Assembly: GCA_045863395.1 (NCBI GenBank)
Contig: BTVJ01000074.1
Coordinates: 1-35,580, forward strand
From: Myxococcales bacterium
Lineage (GTDB): Bacteria > Myxococcota_A > UBA9042 > JABWCM01 > BTVJ01
Reading direction: 5' to 3'
Length of the DNA: 35,580 nucleotides
Shown: positions 27,649 to 35,580 of the stretch, in pieces
Layout: each line of letters begins with the position of its first letter
Numbering within the stretch: the stretch's first letter is position 1
The notes under the pieces: model-generated
The model's input: the letters and a program-made list of their open reading frames with translations, nothing else
Databases searched by the model: none
What the model was told of the DNA's origin: nothing
Program-made: the position numbers and the translations under genes

Positions 27649-28676
27649 GCACGGCGGGACGGCAGGCGGGCACGGACGCGCAGCTCGATGACCCGGGGGT
27701 CCGCAAGGCGGCCATCGCCATCCTCGCCCTGGGCGCGGACCTGGCCCGGGAGATCTTCGCCATCTTGGAGGACCGGGAGATCCAGCGGATCATCCGCTGC
27801 GCGGAGAGCCTTCGGGGCGTCAGCGCCCAGGAGGTCCACGACGTGCTCGCGGAGCTGGTCGCCAACTTCGAGGACCACGTCGTCGGCGTCGCCGGGCACG
27901 AGCGAATGCTGCACGAGGCGGCGGCCCAGGCCATCGGGCGCGAGCGCCTGTCCCGCATGATGGGCGAGGACGGGGAGCGGGAGGCGATCCGCAAGCAGCT
28001 CACCGAGGCGGCCAGCCGCGACCCGCAGGCCTTCGCCCAGGTGGTCTCGAAGGAGCACCCGCAGACCGTTGCCGTGGTGTTCGCCCTCCTCGACCCCGTG
28101 GTCGGCTCCCAGGTCCTGCCGCTGATGCCCGAGCGCACGCGGGCGGACATCGTGCGCCGCGTCGCCACCCTGAAGAACGTGCCCACCGCCCGCCTGATGG
28201 AGGTCGCCGACGCCATCGGCCGCGAGCTCAAGGCGCCCGAGGCGGAGGCCGAGCCCATGCGCCTCGACGGCACGGAGCAGGTGGTCGCGCTGCTCAAGGC
28301 GGTCGACTCGGCGACCGAGACGGACATCTTCGACTCGTTGAACCAGACGCACTCGGCGCTCGCCCAGGAGATCAAGCGGCGCATGTTCGTGTTCGAGGAC
28401 CTCCTCCAGCTCCAGGCGCGGGAGATCCAGCTCATCCTGCGCCAGGTGGACGGCCAGACCCTCACGCTGGCCCTCAAGACGGCCTCCAGCGCGCTCCAGG
28501 AGCACATCTTCGCCAACATGTCGAGCCGCGCCGCGGAGATGATCCTCGACGACCTTCAGGCCATGGGGCCCGTCACGGTGGCGCAGGTGGAGAAGGCCCA
28601 GGACGAGGTGGTCCAGGCGGTCATCTCGCTTGCCGGGGAGGGCAAGATCAACATGCGACCCGGTGACACGGTGTGA
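27645..28676 (+). CDS. fliG: Motor switch protein FliG
   Basis: KAAIAILALG, EHPQTVA, MFVFEDL, NMSSRAA and VEKAQ. Confidence 0.96.
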   Translation: MSTAGRQAGTDAQLDDPGVRKAAIAILALGADLAREIFAILEDREIQRIIRCAESLRGVSAQEVHDVLAELVANFEDHVVGVAGHERMLHEAAAQAIGRERLSRMMGEDGEREAIRKQLTEAASRDPQAFAQVVSKEHPQTVAVVFALLDPVVGSQVLPLMPERTRADIVRRVATLKNVPTARLMEVADAIGRELKAPEAEAEPMRLDGTEQVVALLKAVDSATETDIFDSLNQTHSALAQEIKRRMFVFEDLLQLQAREIQLILRQVDGQTLTLALKTASSALQEHIFANMSSRAAEMILDDLQAMGPVTVAQVEKAQDEVVQAVISLAGEGKINMRPGDTV

Positions 28677-29380
28677 TGGCTGACGGCGCCTCCGAGCTTC
28701 GAGACCTCCTCGGGCGGCACGGGCTGCGGGTGGAGCGCGCGTCCTTCCTGGGGGCGGCCGGGGACCAGGTGCGCGCGTGGGTGCCGGGTGGGGCCCCCGC
28801 AGCGGCGCAGCCCCGGGTCGTGGAGGCGGCCCCAGCGCCGGCCCCAGCGCCGGAGCCCGAGGTGGAGCCAGCCGGCTGCCCAAGCTGCGACGCCGTGATG
28901 GCCGAAGCGGAGGCCCAGCTCCAGGACGTGCTCGCGACGCTCCGGGAGCCCTATCTGAGCGCGGCCACCCACCTGGAGCGGACGGTCCAGGACCTGACGG
29001 CCAAGGTGCCCAGAGACGTGGTCCGGCTCGCGGTGCGCCTCGCGGAGCTCATCGTGGGGAGGGTCGTGGAGCTGGACCGGACCATCGCCGAGGAGAACGT
29101 CGGGAAGGCGTTGCGGGTGGCGGGGGGGCTGGAGAGGGCCACCGTCCTCGTCCACGCGAACGACCTGGAGGCCATCGCGGCCCGCGCGCCCGAGCTGGCG
29201 GCAAACGTGGCGGGCAAGGCCGTGGACGTGACCGTGCGGGCCTCCGACGACGTGGCGCTCGGGAGCTGCCTGGTCCAGTTCGACGACGGGGCCGTGGACG
29301 CGCGGTGGCACGCGCAGCTCCTGCACATGCGCGACATGCTCGACGCCATCGTGGTCAGCCGTCCGCGAGGAGCGCCATGA
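28676..29380 (+). CDS. fliH: Flagellar assembly protein FliH (divergent)
   Basis: Lies between fliG and fliI; C-terminal VLVHANDL...GSCLVQFDDGAVDA; TGATG coupling. Confidence 0.82.
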   Translation: MADGASELRDLLGRHGLRVERASFLGAAGDQVRAWVPGGAPAAAQPRVVEAAPAPAPAPEPEVEPAGCPSCDAVMAEAEAQLQDVLATLREPYLSAATHLERTVQDLTAKVPRDVVRLAVRLAELIVGRVVELDRTIAEENVGKALRVAGGLERATVLVHANDLEAIAARAPELAANVAGKAVDVTVRASDDVALGSCLVQFDDGAVDARWHAQLLHMRDMLDAIVVSRPRGAP

Positions 29381-30723
29381 GCCTGCTGCCGTGGAGCGCC
29401 ATCGAGGGCACCCTGGAGACTGCGCGCCCCATCCGGGCGTGCGGCAAGGTCTTGCGGGCGGCGGGCCTCCTGGTGGACGCGACGCTGCCCGGCGCACGGC
29501 TCGGCATGTCGGTGCGGCTGATGATCCCGGGGCACTCGGGCGGCGTGCCGGCCGAGGTGGTGTCCATCTCCGACGGGGTGGCGTCCCTGATGCCGCTGCT
29601 CGGCGTGCCCGGGCTGACGACGGGGACGGAGGTGCGGCCGGTCATCGACGACCAGACGGTGGGGGTGGGGGACCACTTGATCGGGCGGGTCATCGACGGC
29701 TGGGGGAACCCGCTGGACGGGGGGCCCCCGCTCCATGATCGGGCCCGCTATCCGCTCCAGCCGGCGCCGCTCAACCCCATGGACCGCGGCCTCATCGAGC
29801 ACCCCCTGCCTCTGGGCATCGTGGCGGTCGACGGGCTCCTGACCTGCGGCGAGGGACAGCGCGTGGCCATCCTCGCGGGCGCCGGGGTCGGCAAGAGCAC
29901 GCTGCTCGGCATGATGGCGCGTCACACTGGAGCCGATGTGACGGTGGTCGGCCTGGTCGGGGAGCGCAGCCGCGAGGTCAAGCGCTTCGTGGACGTCGAC
30001 CTGGGGCCTGAGGGCCGCAAGCGGGCCGTGGTGGTCGCCGCCACGAGCAACACTGCGGCGGCGCTGCGCATCCGGGCGGCGCGCACGGCGACGGCCGTGG
30101 CCGAGTACTTCCGCGACCAGGGCATGCGCGTGCTGCTGCTCATGGACTCGCTCACCCGCGTCGCCATGGCGCAGCGGGAGCTGGGCCTCGCCACGGGCGA
30201 GCCGCCGACGACGCGAGGGTATCCCCCGAGCGCCTTCGCGATCATCCCGCAGCTCCTGGAGCGGGCAGGCATGGGCGTCGGGGTCGGCTCCATCACCGGC
30301 TTCTACACGGCGCTCCTCGAGGGGGACGACCTGGGCGACCCCATCGGCGACGCCATCCGGGCGACGACGGATGGGCACGTCCTGCTCTCCCGACGCCTCG
30401 CCGAGCGCGGCCACTTCCCGGCCATCGACGTGCTGGGCAGCGTCAGCCGCGTCATGCCGGAGGTGGTGACACCCGATCACCGGGACGCCGCGGCGGCCGT
30501 GCGGCGCTGCCTGGCGGACCTTCGCGAGGTGGAGGAGCTGCTGGCCCTCGGCGCCTACGAGCGGGGCTCGGTGGTGCGCTTCGACCGGGCCTTGTCCTTC
30601 GCCGACGAGATCCTGACCGCGCTGAGGCAGCCGGCGGAGGAGCCGCGGGACTTCACGCAGAGCTGCGCGCGCGTCGCGGCCATCGGGCGGAAGATCATCC
30701 GCGCAGAGGAGGCTCGGAGATGA
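29377..30723 (+). CDS. fliI: Flagellar export ATPase FliI
   Basis: AGAGVGKSTL, GERSREV, LLMDSLTR, GEPPTTRGYPPS, DGHVLLSR and FPAIDVL. Confidence 0.96.
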   Translation: MSLLPWSAIEGTLETARPIRACGKVLRAAGLLVDATLPGARLGMSVRLMIPGHSGGVPAEVVSISDGVASLMPLLGVPGLTTGTEVRPVIDDQTVGVGDHLIGRVIDGWGNPLDGGPPLHDRARYPLQPAPLNPMDRGLIEHPLPLGIVAVDGLLTCGEGQRVAILAGAGVGKSTLLGMMARHTGADVTVVGLVGERSREVKRFVDVDLGPEGRKRAVVVAATSNTAAALRIRAARTATAVAEYFRDQGMRVLLLMDSLTRVAMAQRELGLATGEPPTTRGYPPSAFAIIPQLLERAGMGVGVGSITGFYTALLEGDDLGDPIGDAIRATTDGHVLLSRRLAERGHFPAIDVLGSVSRVMPEVVTPDHRDAAAAVRRCLADLREVEELLALGAYERGSVVRFDRALSFADEILTALRQPAEEPRDFTQSCARVAAIGRKIIRAEEARR

Positions 30724-31700
30724 GGGTCCGACGAGGGCTCCTGCGTGTGGGCGTCGTGGCGCTGTGTGCGGTCGCCGGGGGTGTGCTCCTGGCGCAGCAG
30801 CCTCCCATCGTGCTGCCGCCGGTCATCGGAGAGCCCGTGAGGTTCGCGGACCCCGTCGTCGCCGACCCCCAAGAGCCGGTGGAGCCGGCTGTGCCCGAGG
30901 AGCCCCAGGCCGGGACCGAGGTGCCGGAGGTTCCGGTGGTCCCCGTGGCTGGCGAGGGTGCGGTGGTAGAGAGCCCGGTCGTGGTCATCCCGCCCGAGGC
31001 GCCCACCCCGGACGCCGGTGAGCCCAACGCGCCGAGCGCTCCGGCCTCGGTCTTCGAGGCGGCGCCCGAGCCAGTCGCCCCCATCGAGGTCCCGGTCCCG
31101 CCGGTGGTCCCCCCGGTGGCGCCGGTGCCGCCCCTCGTGGAGTCCGCCCTCCGGTCGCAGACCATCGAGGAGCTGGGCACCGAGCTGGTGACGCTCCGGG
31201 TCGCGCTGACGGAGCGCCAGATCCTGCTCGACGTGCGCGAGCGGGAGCTTGCCGTGCTGCGGGAGGCGCTGCTCGCGGAGATGACCACGCTGGAGGCGCT
31301 GCAGGACAAACTCGACCGGCGCTGGACCGAGGCCGACGACGCCTGGCAGGCTGCCCACGCCGCGCTGCTGCTGACCGAGGCGGGGTGTCAGTGCACCGCG
31401 GATCCGGAGGCGGCGGTGGCCGAGAGGGAGGATGGCGCGCCGGCGGGCCCCACGGCCCCCACTCCAGAAGATGAGCGCGAGAAGCGTGTCGTCCAGGTGG
31501 TCGCCATCATCAAAGGCATGCAGCCAGAGTCTGCGGCGCGGGTGGTGCAGTCCTGGGACGATGGCCTGGCCACCATGGCGCTGTCGCGCCTGCCCGCACG
31601 AGTCGCCTCCAAGGTGGTCGCGTCCCTTCCGCCTGAGCACGCGGCGCGCCTGACCTCGAACATGATCCGCGGCAACGTGTCGCTGGGAGGCATGCCGTGA
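30720..31700 (+). CDS. MotE/FlbB/YlxF-like periplasmic protein (Pro-rich linker, coiled coil, MgtE_N-like helical C-domain)
   Basis: Signal/TM, coiled coil ERQILLDVRERELAVLRE, and C-terminal IIKGMQPESAARVV..LSRLPARVASKVVASLPPEHAARL. Lies between fliI and fliK. Confidence 0.72.
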   Translation: MRVRRGLLRVGVVALCAVAGGVLLAQQPPIVLPPVIGEPVRFADPVVADPQEPVEPAVPEEPQAGTEVPEVPVVPVAGEGAVVESPVVVIPPEAPTPDAGEPNAPSAPASVFEAAPEPVAPIEVPVPPVVPPVAPVPPLVESALRSQTIEELGTELVTLRVALTERQILLDVRERELAVLREALLAEMTTLEALQDKLDRRWTEADDAWQAAHAALLLTEAGCQCTADPEAAVAEREDGAPAGPTAPTPEDEREKRVVQVVAIIKGMQPESAARVVQSWDDGLATMALSRLPARVASKVVASLPPEHAARLTSNMIRGNVSLGGMP

Positions 31701-32776
31701 TCCGCGACGTGGGAGCATCTGCGCGGCCTGTCCCCGCGCCTCGGCGCGACGCGGCCCCCGCCGAGGAGTTCCGCCTGCCGGCGCCCGGCGAGGGCGAGCG
31801 GCCCGATGCGGACCGCGGGGCGGTGCGGGGTCCGGCCGGGCCCCCCGACCTCGCGGCGGAGGCCATGTCCGCCCAGGTGACCCTCGGCCCGGCAGTCGTT
31901 CAGGCGGAGGGCCGGAGGCCGGCCCCGGAGGTCGCGACCCGCGAGTCCGCCGGGGAGGCAGCGCCATCTGGTCGTGAGCCCCAAGCGCAGCGACGGGCCA
32001 GGGCCACGGAGGACCGAGGCGGCGCACCGGTGGTCCGGGAGCGGGCGCAGGAGCAGGGGCGCACACCGCAGGAGCCAGGGCGGCGAGGCATGGAGGACGG
32101 CAGCGCTGCCGGGCACGATGTGGACGGCACCGACGGCGAGGCGGAGGTCGTGGGCGAGGCGGAGCAGCGCGCGCTCGCGGCGAGGCTGGCTCAGGCGGAC
32201 CGGGTTGCCCAGACCCTGCGCGTCGCGCACCGCCCGGCGGAGGTCACTCCCCCAGCGCTCGCCAGCGCGCTCGCAACGGCGGTGGGTCGCGTCCTGCGAG
32301 AGGTCGACCTCGCCACGGCGCCGGAGACATCGTTGCCCCAGGATGCTCTGGCCGTGCTGGTGGCGCGGGGAGAGGCGTCAGCCCACCTGGCGGCGCCCCG
32401 GGTCGCGAGCACGATGCCCACGCCAACCCACGCCGCCCATGACGCCGCCATGCAGATGTGGGAGCTCCCTGGGGAGCCGGGCATGGTCGTGCGCCTCGGC
32501 GAGGCCCAGCTCGAGGTGCGGCTGCTTCTCGAAGGCCAGCGGCTCCAGGTGCGGCTGCGCGCAGACGATCCTGCGGCCCAGGCGCGCCTCCAGGAGGCGC
32601 TCCCCGAGCTCAAGCGGGCCCTGGAGAAGCTCCCCGAGGTGGCTGCCCACGGGGGGCACGTAGACGTGCGTGACGAGTCTCCGGGCCGGGAGCGGCGCCA
32701 GGACCAGCCCCCCGAGCCCGAGGACGACGACACCATGGCCGAGGCGCTGGAAGGCGCCATGGCGCAGCGCCACTGA
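31697..32776 (+). CDS. fliK: Hook-length control protein FliK (divergent)
   Basis: Low-complexity N-terminus; C-terminal LEVRLLLEGQRLQVRLRADDPAAQARLQEALPELKRAL; directly upstream of flgD. Confidence 0.78.
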   Translation: MIRDVGASARPVPAPRRDAAPAEEFRLPAPGEGERPDADRGAVRGPAGPPDLAAEAMSAQVTLGPAVVQAEGRRPAPEVATRESAGEAAPSGREPQAQRRARATEDRGGAPVVRERAQEQGRTPQEPGRRGMEDGSAAGHDVDGTDGEAEVVGEAEQRALAARLAQADRVAQTLRVAHRPAEVTPPALASALATAVGRVLREVDLATAPETSLPQDALAVLVARGEASAHLAAPRVASTMPTPTHAAHDAAMQMWELPGEPGMVVRLGEAQLEVRLLLEGQRLQVRLRADDPAAQARLQEALPELKRALEKLPEVAAHGGHVDVRDESPGRERRQDQPPEPEDDDTMAEALEGAMAQRH

Positions 32777-32836
32777 CGATTTTTCTCTGGTGGACGCCCG
32801 GGCCCCCGCGCGTCGAGACGGACAAGGAGAGACGCC

Positions 32837-33628
32837 ATGACAGTGACAGGACCCAACGCGCAGGCGCCGTTCAGCGCCAAGCAGGGCACGGACCGGGCCA
32901 TGGACTTCAGCGGAAAGACGGCGCTCGGCAAGGAGGACTTCCTCAAGCTGCTGGTGACCCAGCTCGCCAACCAGGATCCGCTGAACCCGACGGACAGCAC
33001 CCAGTTCGTGGCCCAGCTCGCCCAGTTCTCGTCGCTGGAGCAGCTCGCGAACATGCGCGAGGGCCTGGACATGCTCGCCATCGTCCAGACGGCCGGCACC
33101 AGCGCCCAGATGGTCAGCTTCATCGGCAAGACGGTGAAGATCAGCGATCAGAGCCTGACGTGGGCGGAGGGCCAGAAGAGCGGCACCGTGGACTTCTCCC
33201 TGGACGGCGACGCCAAGAACGTCAAGGTGGCCATCAAGGACGAGAGCGGAAAGACGGTGAAGACCATCGAGGCCGGCTCGCTGACGGGGGGCAAGCACAG
33301 CGTGACGGTCGACGGCAAGAACAGCGACGGCAGCCCGCTGCCGGCGGGCAGCTACACCTTCGAGGTGACGGCGACGGACGTGGAGGGCAAGTCCGTGAAC
33401 GTGTCGACCACCTCGACGGGCGTGGTCGTCGGCGTGACCTTCGAGAGCGGCTACCCGGAGCTGGTGCTCGCCGACGGCCGCACGGTGCAGCTCGGCTCGG
33501 TCATCGAGGTCCTCGACGGCCCGACGACCGAGACGGCGGCCAAGGATTCCGTGAACGACCTGATCTCGAAGCTCCCGCAGGAGGCCTTGGACACCGAGGA
33601 CCTGCTCCCCGACAACTTCCGTATGTGA
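32837..33628 (+). CDS. flgD: Hook capping protein FlgD
   Basis: LGKEDFLKLLVTQLANQDPLNP, AQLAQFSSLEQ, and an Ig-like domain DGKNSDGSPLPAGSYTF. Confidence 0.97.
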   Translation: MTVTGPNAQAPFSAKQGTDRAMDFSGKTALGKEDFLKLLVTQLANQDPLNPTDSTQFVAQLAQFSSLEQLANMREGLDMLAIVQTAGTSAQMVSFIGKTVKISDQSLTWAEGQKSGTVDFSLDGDAKNVKVAIKDESGKTVKTIEAGSLTGGKHSVTVDGKNSDGSPLPAGSYTFEVTATDVEGKSVNVSTTSTGVVVGVTFESGYPELVLADGRTVQLGSVIEVLDGPTTETAAKDSVNDLISKLPQEALDTEDLLPDNFRM

Positions 33629-33663
33629 CACCCACGGCACGCGCCGGGGAAAGGAGTGAGCCC

Positions 33664-34956
33664 ATGAGCATCTTCTCGTCGATGTACATCGGCATGAGCG
33701 GAATGAAGGTCAACGAGCACGCCATCGGCATCGTTGGCGACAACATCGCGAACATGAACACCATCGGGTTCAAGGCGAGCCGCGGGCAGTTCGAGGACCT
33801 GCTGAACCAGACGATCCTCGGGTCCGCCGGGGCGAGCCAGGTGGGGCAGGGGGCGACCCTCGCGGGGGTGGAGCGCTTGCACCTCCAGGGGGCGCTGCTC
33901 GGCACCGGGGTCAGCACGGATCTGGCGATCGGCGGCAACGGCTTCTTCATCGTGAACGGGTCCACGGCCGGCACCACGGGCAACTTCTACACCCGCAACG
34001 GCCAGTTCCACATGGACAAGGACGGCTACCTGGTCAACGCCCACGGCTTCAAGCTGCAGGGCTACCTGGCGAACCAGGACAGCCAGCTCAGCCCCATCCT
34101 GACGGACCTCCAGGTGGGCAACGCCACCCTGTCGCCCAAGTCGACGGAGGGCATCGCCATGGCCCTCAACCTGGACGCGGAGACCGACATCGCGGCCAAC
34201 CCCTTCGACCCCGCCAACCCCGCGGACTCGGCGGGCTTCTCGACGGCGATCACCGTCTATGACTCCCTGGGCAAGGGCCACCAGCTCGACGTGTACTTCG
34301 TGAAGACAGCCGAGGGGCAGTGGGAGTGGCACGCGCTGGCGGAGGGCGGCGAGCTGGACGGCGGCGTGGCCGGCACCCCGACGGAGGTCGCCAGCGGGAC
34401 CATCACCTTCACCACGGACGGGCTGCTGGACACGGAGGCCCAGGCGGCGTCCAACGTGACCTTCGTGGGGGCGAGCTCCCAGGACCTGATCTTCGACTTC
34501 GGCGAGGCCCTGACGACGGATGGCGGCGACGGGACGGGCACTTCGGGCTTCGGCTCTCCGAGCACGGTCAACTTCCAGAAGCAGGATGGCTACGGCGCCG
34601 GATCCTTCCAGTACATGACCATCGACGCCAAGGGCGAGATCATCGGCACGTTCAGCAACGGCGAGATTCGCACCCTGGGGCAGGTGGCGCTTGCCACGTT
34701 CCCGAGCCAGACGGGCCTCAAGTCCATCGGCCAGAACCTCTTCCTGGCGACCCGCGCCTCCGGCGAGCCGACGGTTGGCGGCCCGGGCACCGGCGGGCGT
34801 GGCGATCTCTACGCCGGGTCGCTGGAGCAGTCCAACGTGGACCTGACCAACGAGTTCACCCAGCTCATCGTCTCGGAGCGCGGCTACCAGGCCAACAGCC
34901 GCATCATCTCGACGGCCGACCAGCTCCTCGCCGAGGTCATCGCCCTCAAGCGGTAG
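33664..34956 (+). CDS. flgE: Flagellar hook protein FlgE
   Basis: GDNIANMNTIGFK, DLAIGGNGFF, YTRNGQF, VYDSLG and LEQSNVDL..RGYQANSR. Confidence 0.97.
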   Translation: MSIFSSMYIGMSGMKVNEHAIGIVGDNIANMNTIGFKASRGQFEDLLNQTILGSAGASQVGQGATLAGVERLHLQGALLGTGVSTDLAIGGNGFFIVNGSTAGTTGNFYTRNGQFHMDKDGYLVNAHGFKLQGYLANQDSQLSPILTDLQVGNATLSPKSTEGIAMALNLDAETDIAANPFDPANPADSAGFSTAITVYDSLGKGHQLDVYFVKTAEGQWEWHALAEGGELDGGVAGTPTEVASGTITFTTDGLLDTEAQAASNVTFVGASSQDLIFDFGEALTTDGGDGTGTSGFGSPSTVNFQKQDGYGAGSFQYMTIDAKGEIIGTFSNGEIRTLGQVALATFPSQTGLKSIGQNLFLATRASGEPTVGGPGTGGRGDLYAGSLEQSNVDLTNEFTQLIVSERGYQANSRIISTADQLLAEVIALKR

Positions 34957-35171
34957 CCGCCTCCCGTGCCTTCCTGTCGCGTCTCTCCGGGGCGCGCTCC
35001 CTCGATTGCCAGATTGTCACAGGTGGGGCCCTGCTCCCCGACACGGATGCCCCACTGGCGCTGCACGGCGACCCGTGGGTGCCTCCAGACCCCAGGGCGT
35101 CGATGGGCGCTGTAGCCTCAAGTCGTTGAATCTACGTCGAGATGCGGTGCGGAGTCCTGTGGAAGGGCGTC

Positions 35172-35187
35172 TGGCACGCATGGTGCA
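35172..35187 (+). promoter_or_regulatory. Sigma54 (-24/-12) promoter with no obvious downstream CDS
   Basis: TGGCAC-GCATG-GTGCA, preceded by C as in the two operon promoters. Confidence 0.72.
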
Positions 35188-35197
35188 TATGAATCCC

Positions 35198-35357
35198 GGC
35201 AACCGAGCCGCTCGCGGACGCCGCAAGAAGACTGGCGGACCGCGAGGGTGAACCTCCTCCGGATGTTCAAGACTCCTCGCGTCCCTGCAGACGCACGTTC
35301 CACCAACACAGCCCCACCGAGGCCGCCACGTCATCCGGAACGTGGCGGCTTCTCTCC
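35198..35357 (+). ncRNA. Candidate sigma54-dependent small RNA (about 160 nt)
   Basis: Bounded by the -24/-12 promoter and a GC stem with a pyrimidine tail. Internal hairpins at 35211-35246 and 35249-35269, the latter with a CU-rich loop. Ends are inferred. Confidence 0.5.
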
Positions 35358-35366
35358 CCTCCCTCT
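35322..35366 (+). terminator. Terminator-like hairpin
   Basis: GCCGCCACG-(TCATCCGGAA)-CGTGGCGGC followed by TTCTCTCCCCTCCCTCT; the U-tract is weak. Confidence 0.5.
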
Positions 35367-35412
35367 GTCGACTGGTGCGCCGGGCAGCCGGCGAGACCTC
35401 GTGAATACGTGC

Positions 35413-35441
35413 TTGACACGAGCCTGACCGCGTGCTTGAAT
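35413..35441 (+). promoter_or_regulatory. Probable sigma70-type promoter of tRNA-Val
   Basis: TTGACA-17 nt-TTGAAT with TG at the extended -10 position and a GC-rich discriminator; the -10 is imperfect. Confidence 0.5.
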
Positions 35442-35468
35442 GCGCTCCGCTTCCAACGGGAAGCCCCA

Positions 35469-35543
35469 GGGCGATTAACTCAGCGGTAGAGTGCCACCTT
35501 CACACGGTGGAAGTCGCAGGTTCAAATCCTGCATCGCCCACCA
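35469..35543 (+). tRNA. tRNA-Val(CAC)
   Basis: Acceptor stem GGGCGAT/ATCGCCC, anticodon arm CCACC-TTCACAC-GGTGG, T-loop TTCAAAT and encoded CCA. Confidence 0.97.
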
Positions 35544-35546
35544 GAG

Positions 35547-35577
35547 AGGCCAGCGGAAACGCTGGCCTTTTTTGTTT
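35547..35577 (+). terminator. Rho-independent terminator after tRNA
   Basis: AGGCCAGCG-GAAA-CGCTGGCCT followed by a T-run. Confidence 0.92.
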
Positions 35578-35580
35578 CTG

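Noticed and set aside
12039..30723. Non-flagellar injectisome (T3SS) interpretation
   Set aside because: Rod, hook, stator, FlhF/G and FliA genes define a flagellar system; no secretin or needle genes are present.
32777..32836. Internal sigma28 or sigma54 promoter before flgD
   Set aside because: No TAAA-N15-GCCGATAA or GG-N10-GC match; only a short T-rich patch.
35189..35251. 20-codon ORF MNPGNRAARGRRKKTGGPRG
   Set aside because: Its ATG lies upstream of the predicted sigma54 start site and has no RBS.
45..35334. Many long antisense or alternative-frame ORFs (e.g. 45-1859, 10250-12244, 14505-16181, 27225-28883, 32378-33640)
   Set aside because: Shadow ORFs caused by stop-codon scarcity in high-GC DNA; they overlap well-supported genes and have no motifs.
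35198..35350. CsrB/Rsm-type sponge, based on four GGA triplets
   Set aside because: They are CGGA contexts rather than ANGGA, and two lie within stems.
35469..35580. tRNA as integration site of a genomic island carrying the flagellar cluster
   Set aside because: No integrase or duplicated tRNA 3' end is seen in the window, and composition looks uniform.
1..35580. CRISPR arrays, transposases, defence or toxin genes
   Set aside because: No regularly spaced repeats or relevant protein motifs were seen.

Overview
This very GC-rich bacterial window has a Myxococcota/deltaproteobacterial look and holds two blocks. Block 1 (about 190-6200) is a eukaryote-type phospho-signalling module. It contains a Ser/Thr kinase, a Cys-rich lipoprotein, an FHA-AAA+ regulator whose GAFTGA loop is degenerate, and a convergent membrane-anchored PP2C-fold protein that has lost most catalytic Asp residues. 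Block 2 (about 6400-34960) is a divergent flagellar cluster. The minus strand carries a fleQ-like EBP gene, then fliL-M-N-O-P-Q-R-flhB-A-F-G-fliA-mepA-flbD-motA-motB. The plus strand carries an unknown exported protein, a second EBP, flgB-C-fliE-F-G-H-I, a MotE/FlbB-like gene, fliK and flgD-E. The window ends with tRNA-Val(CAC) and its terminator. Three sigma54 -24/-12 promoters and three GTCA-N6-TGAC (FleQ-box-like) enhancers are visible in the sequence. The most interesting unexplained items are: a 178-nt rod-like hairpin between fliP and fliQ whose G-U wobbles all fall on the strand antisense to the operon; a probable sigma54-driven sRNA of about 160 nt with an anti-Shine-Dalgarno loop downstream of flgE; a MepA endopeptidase translationally coupled inside the fliA-flbD-motAB segment; and the kinase/FHA/pseudophosphatase module. 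All calls come from reading motifs by eye; no database searches were run.
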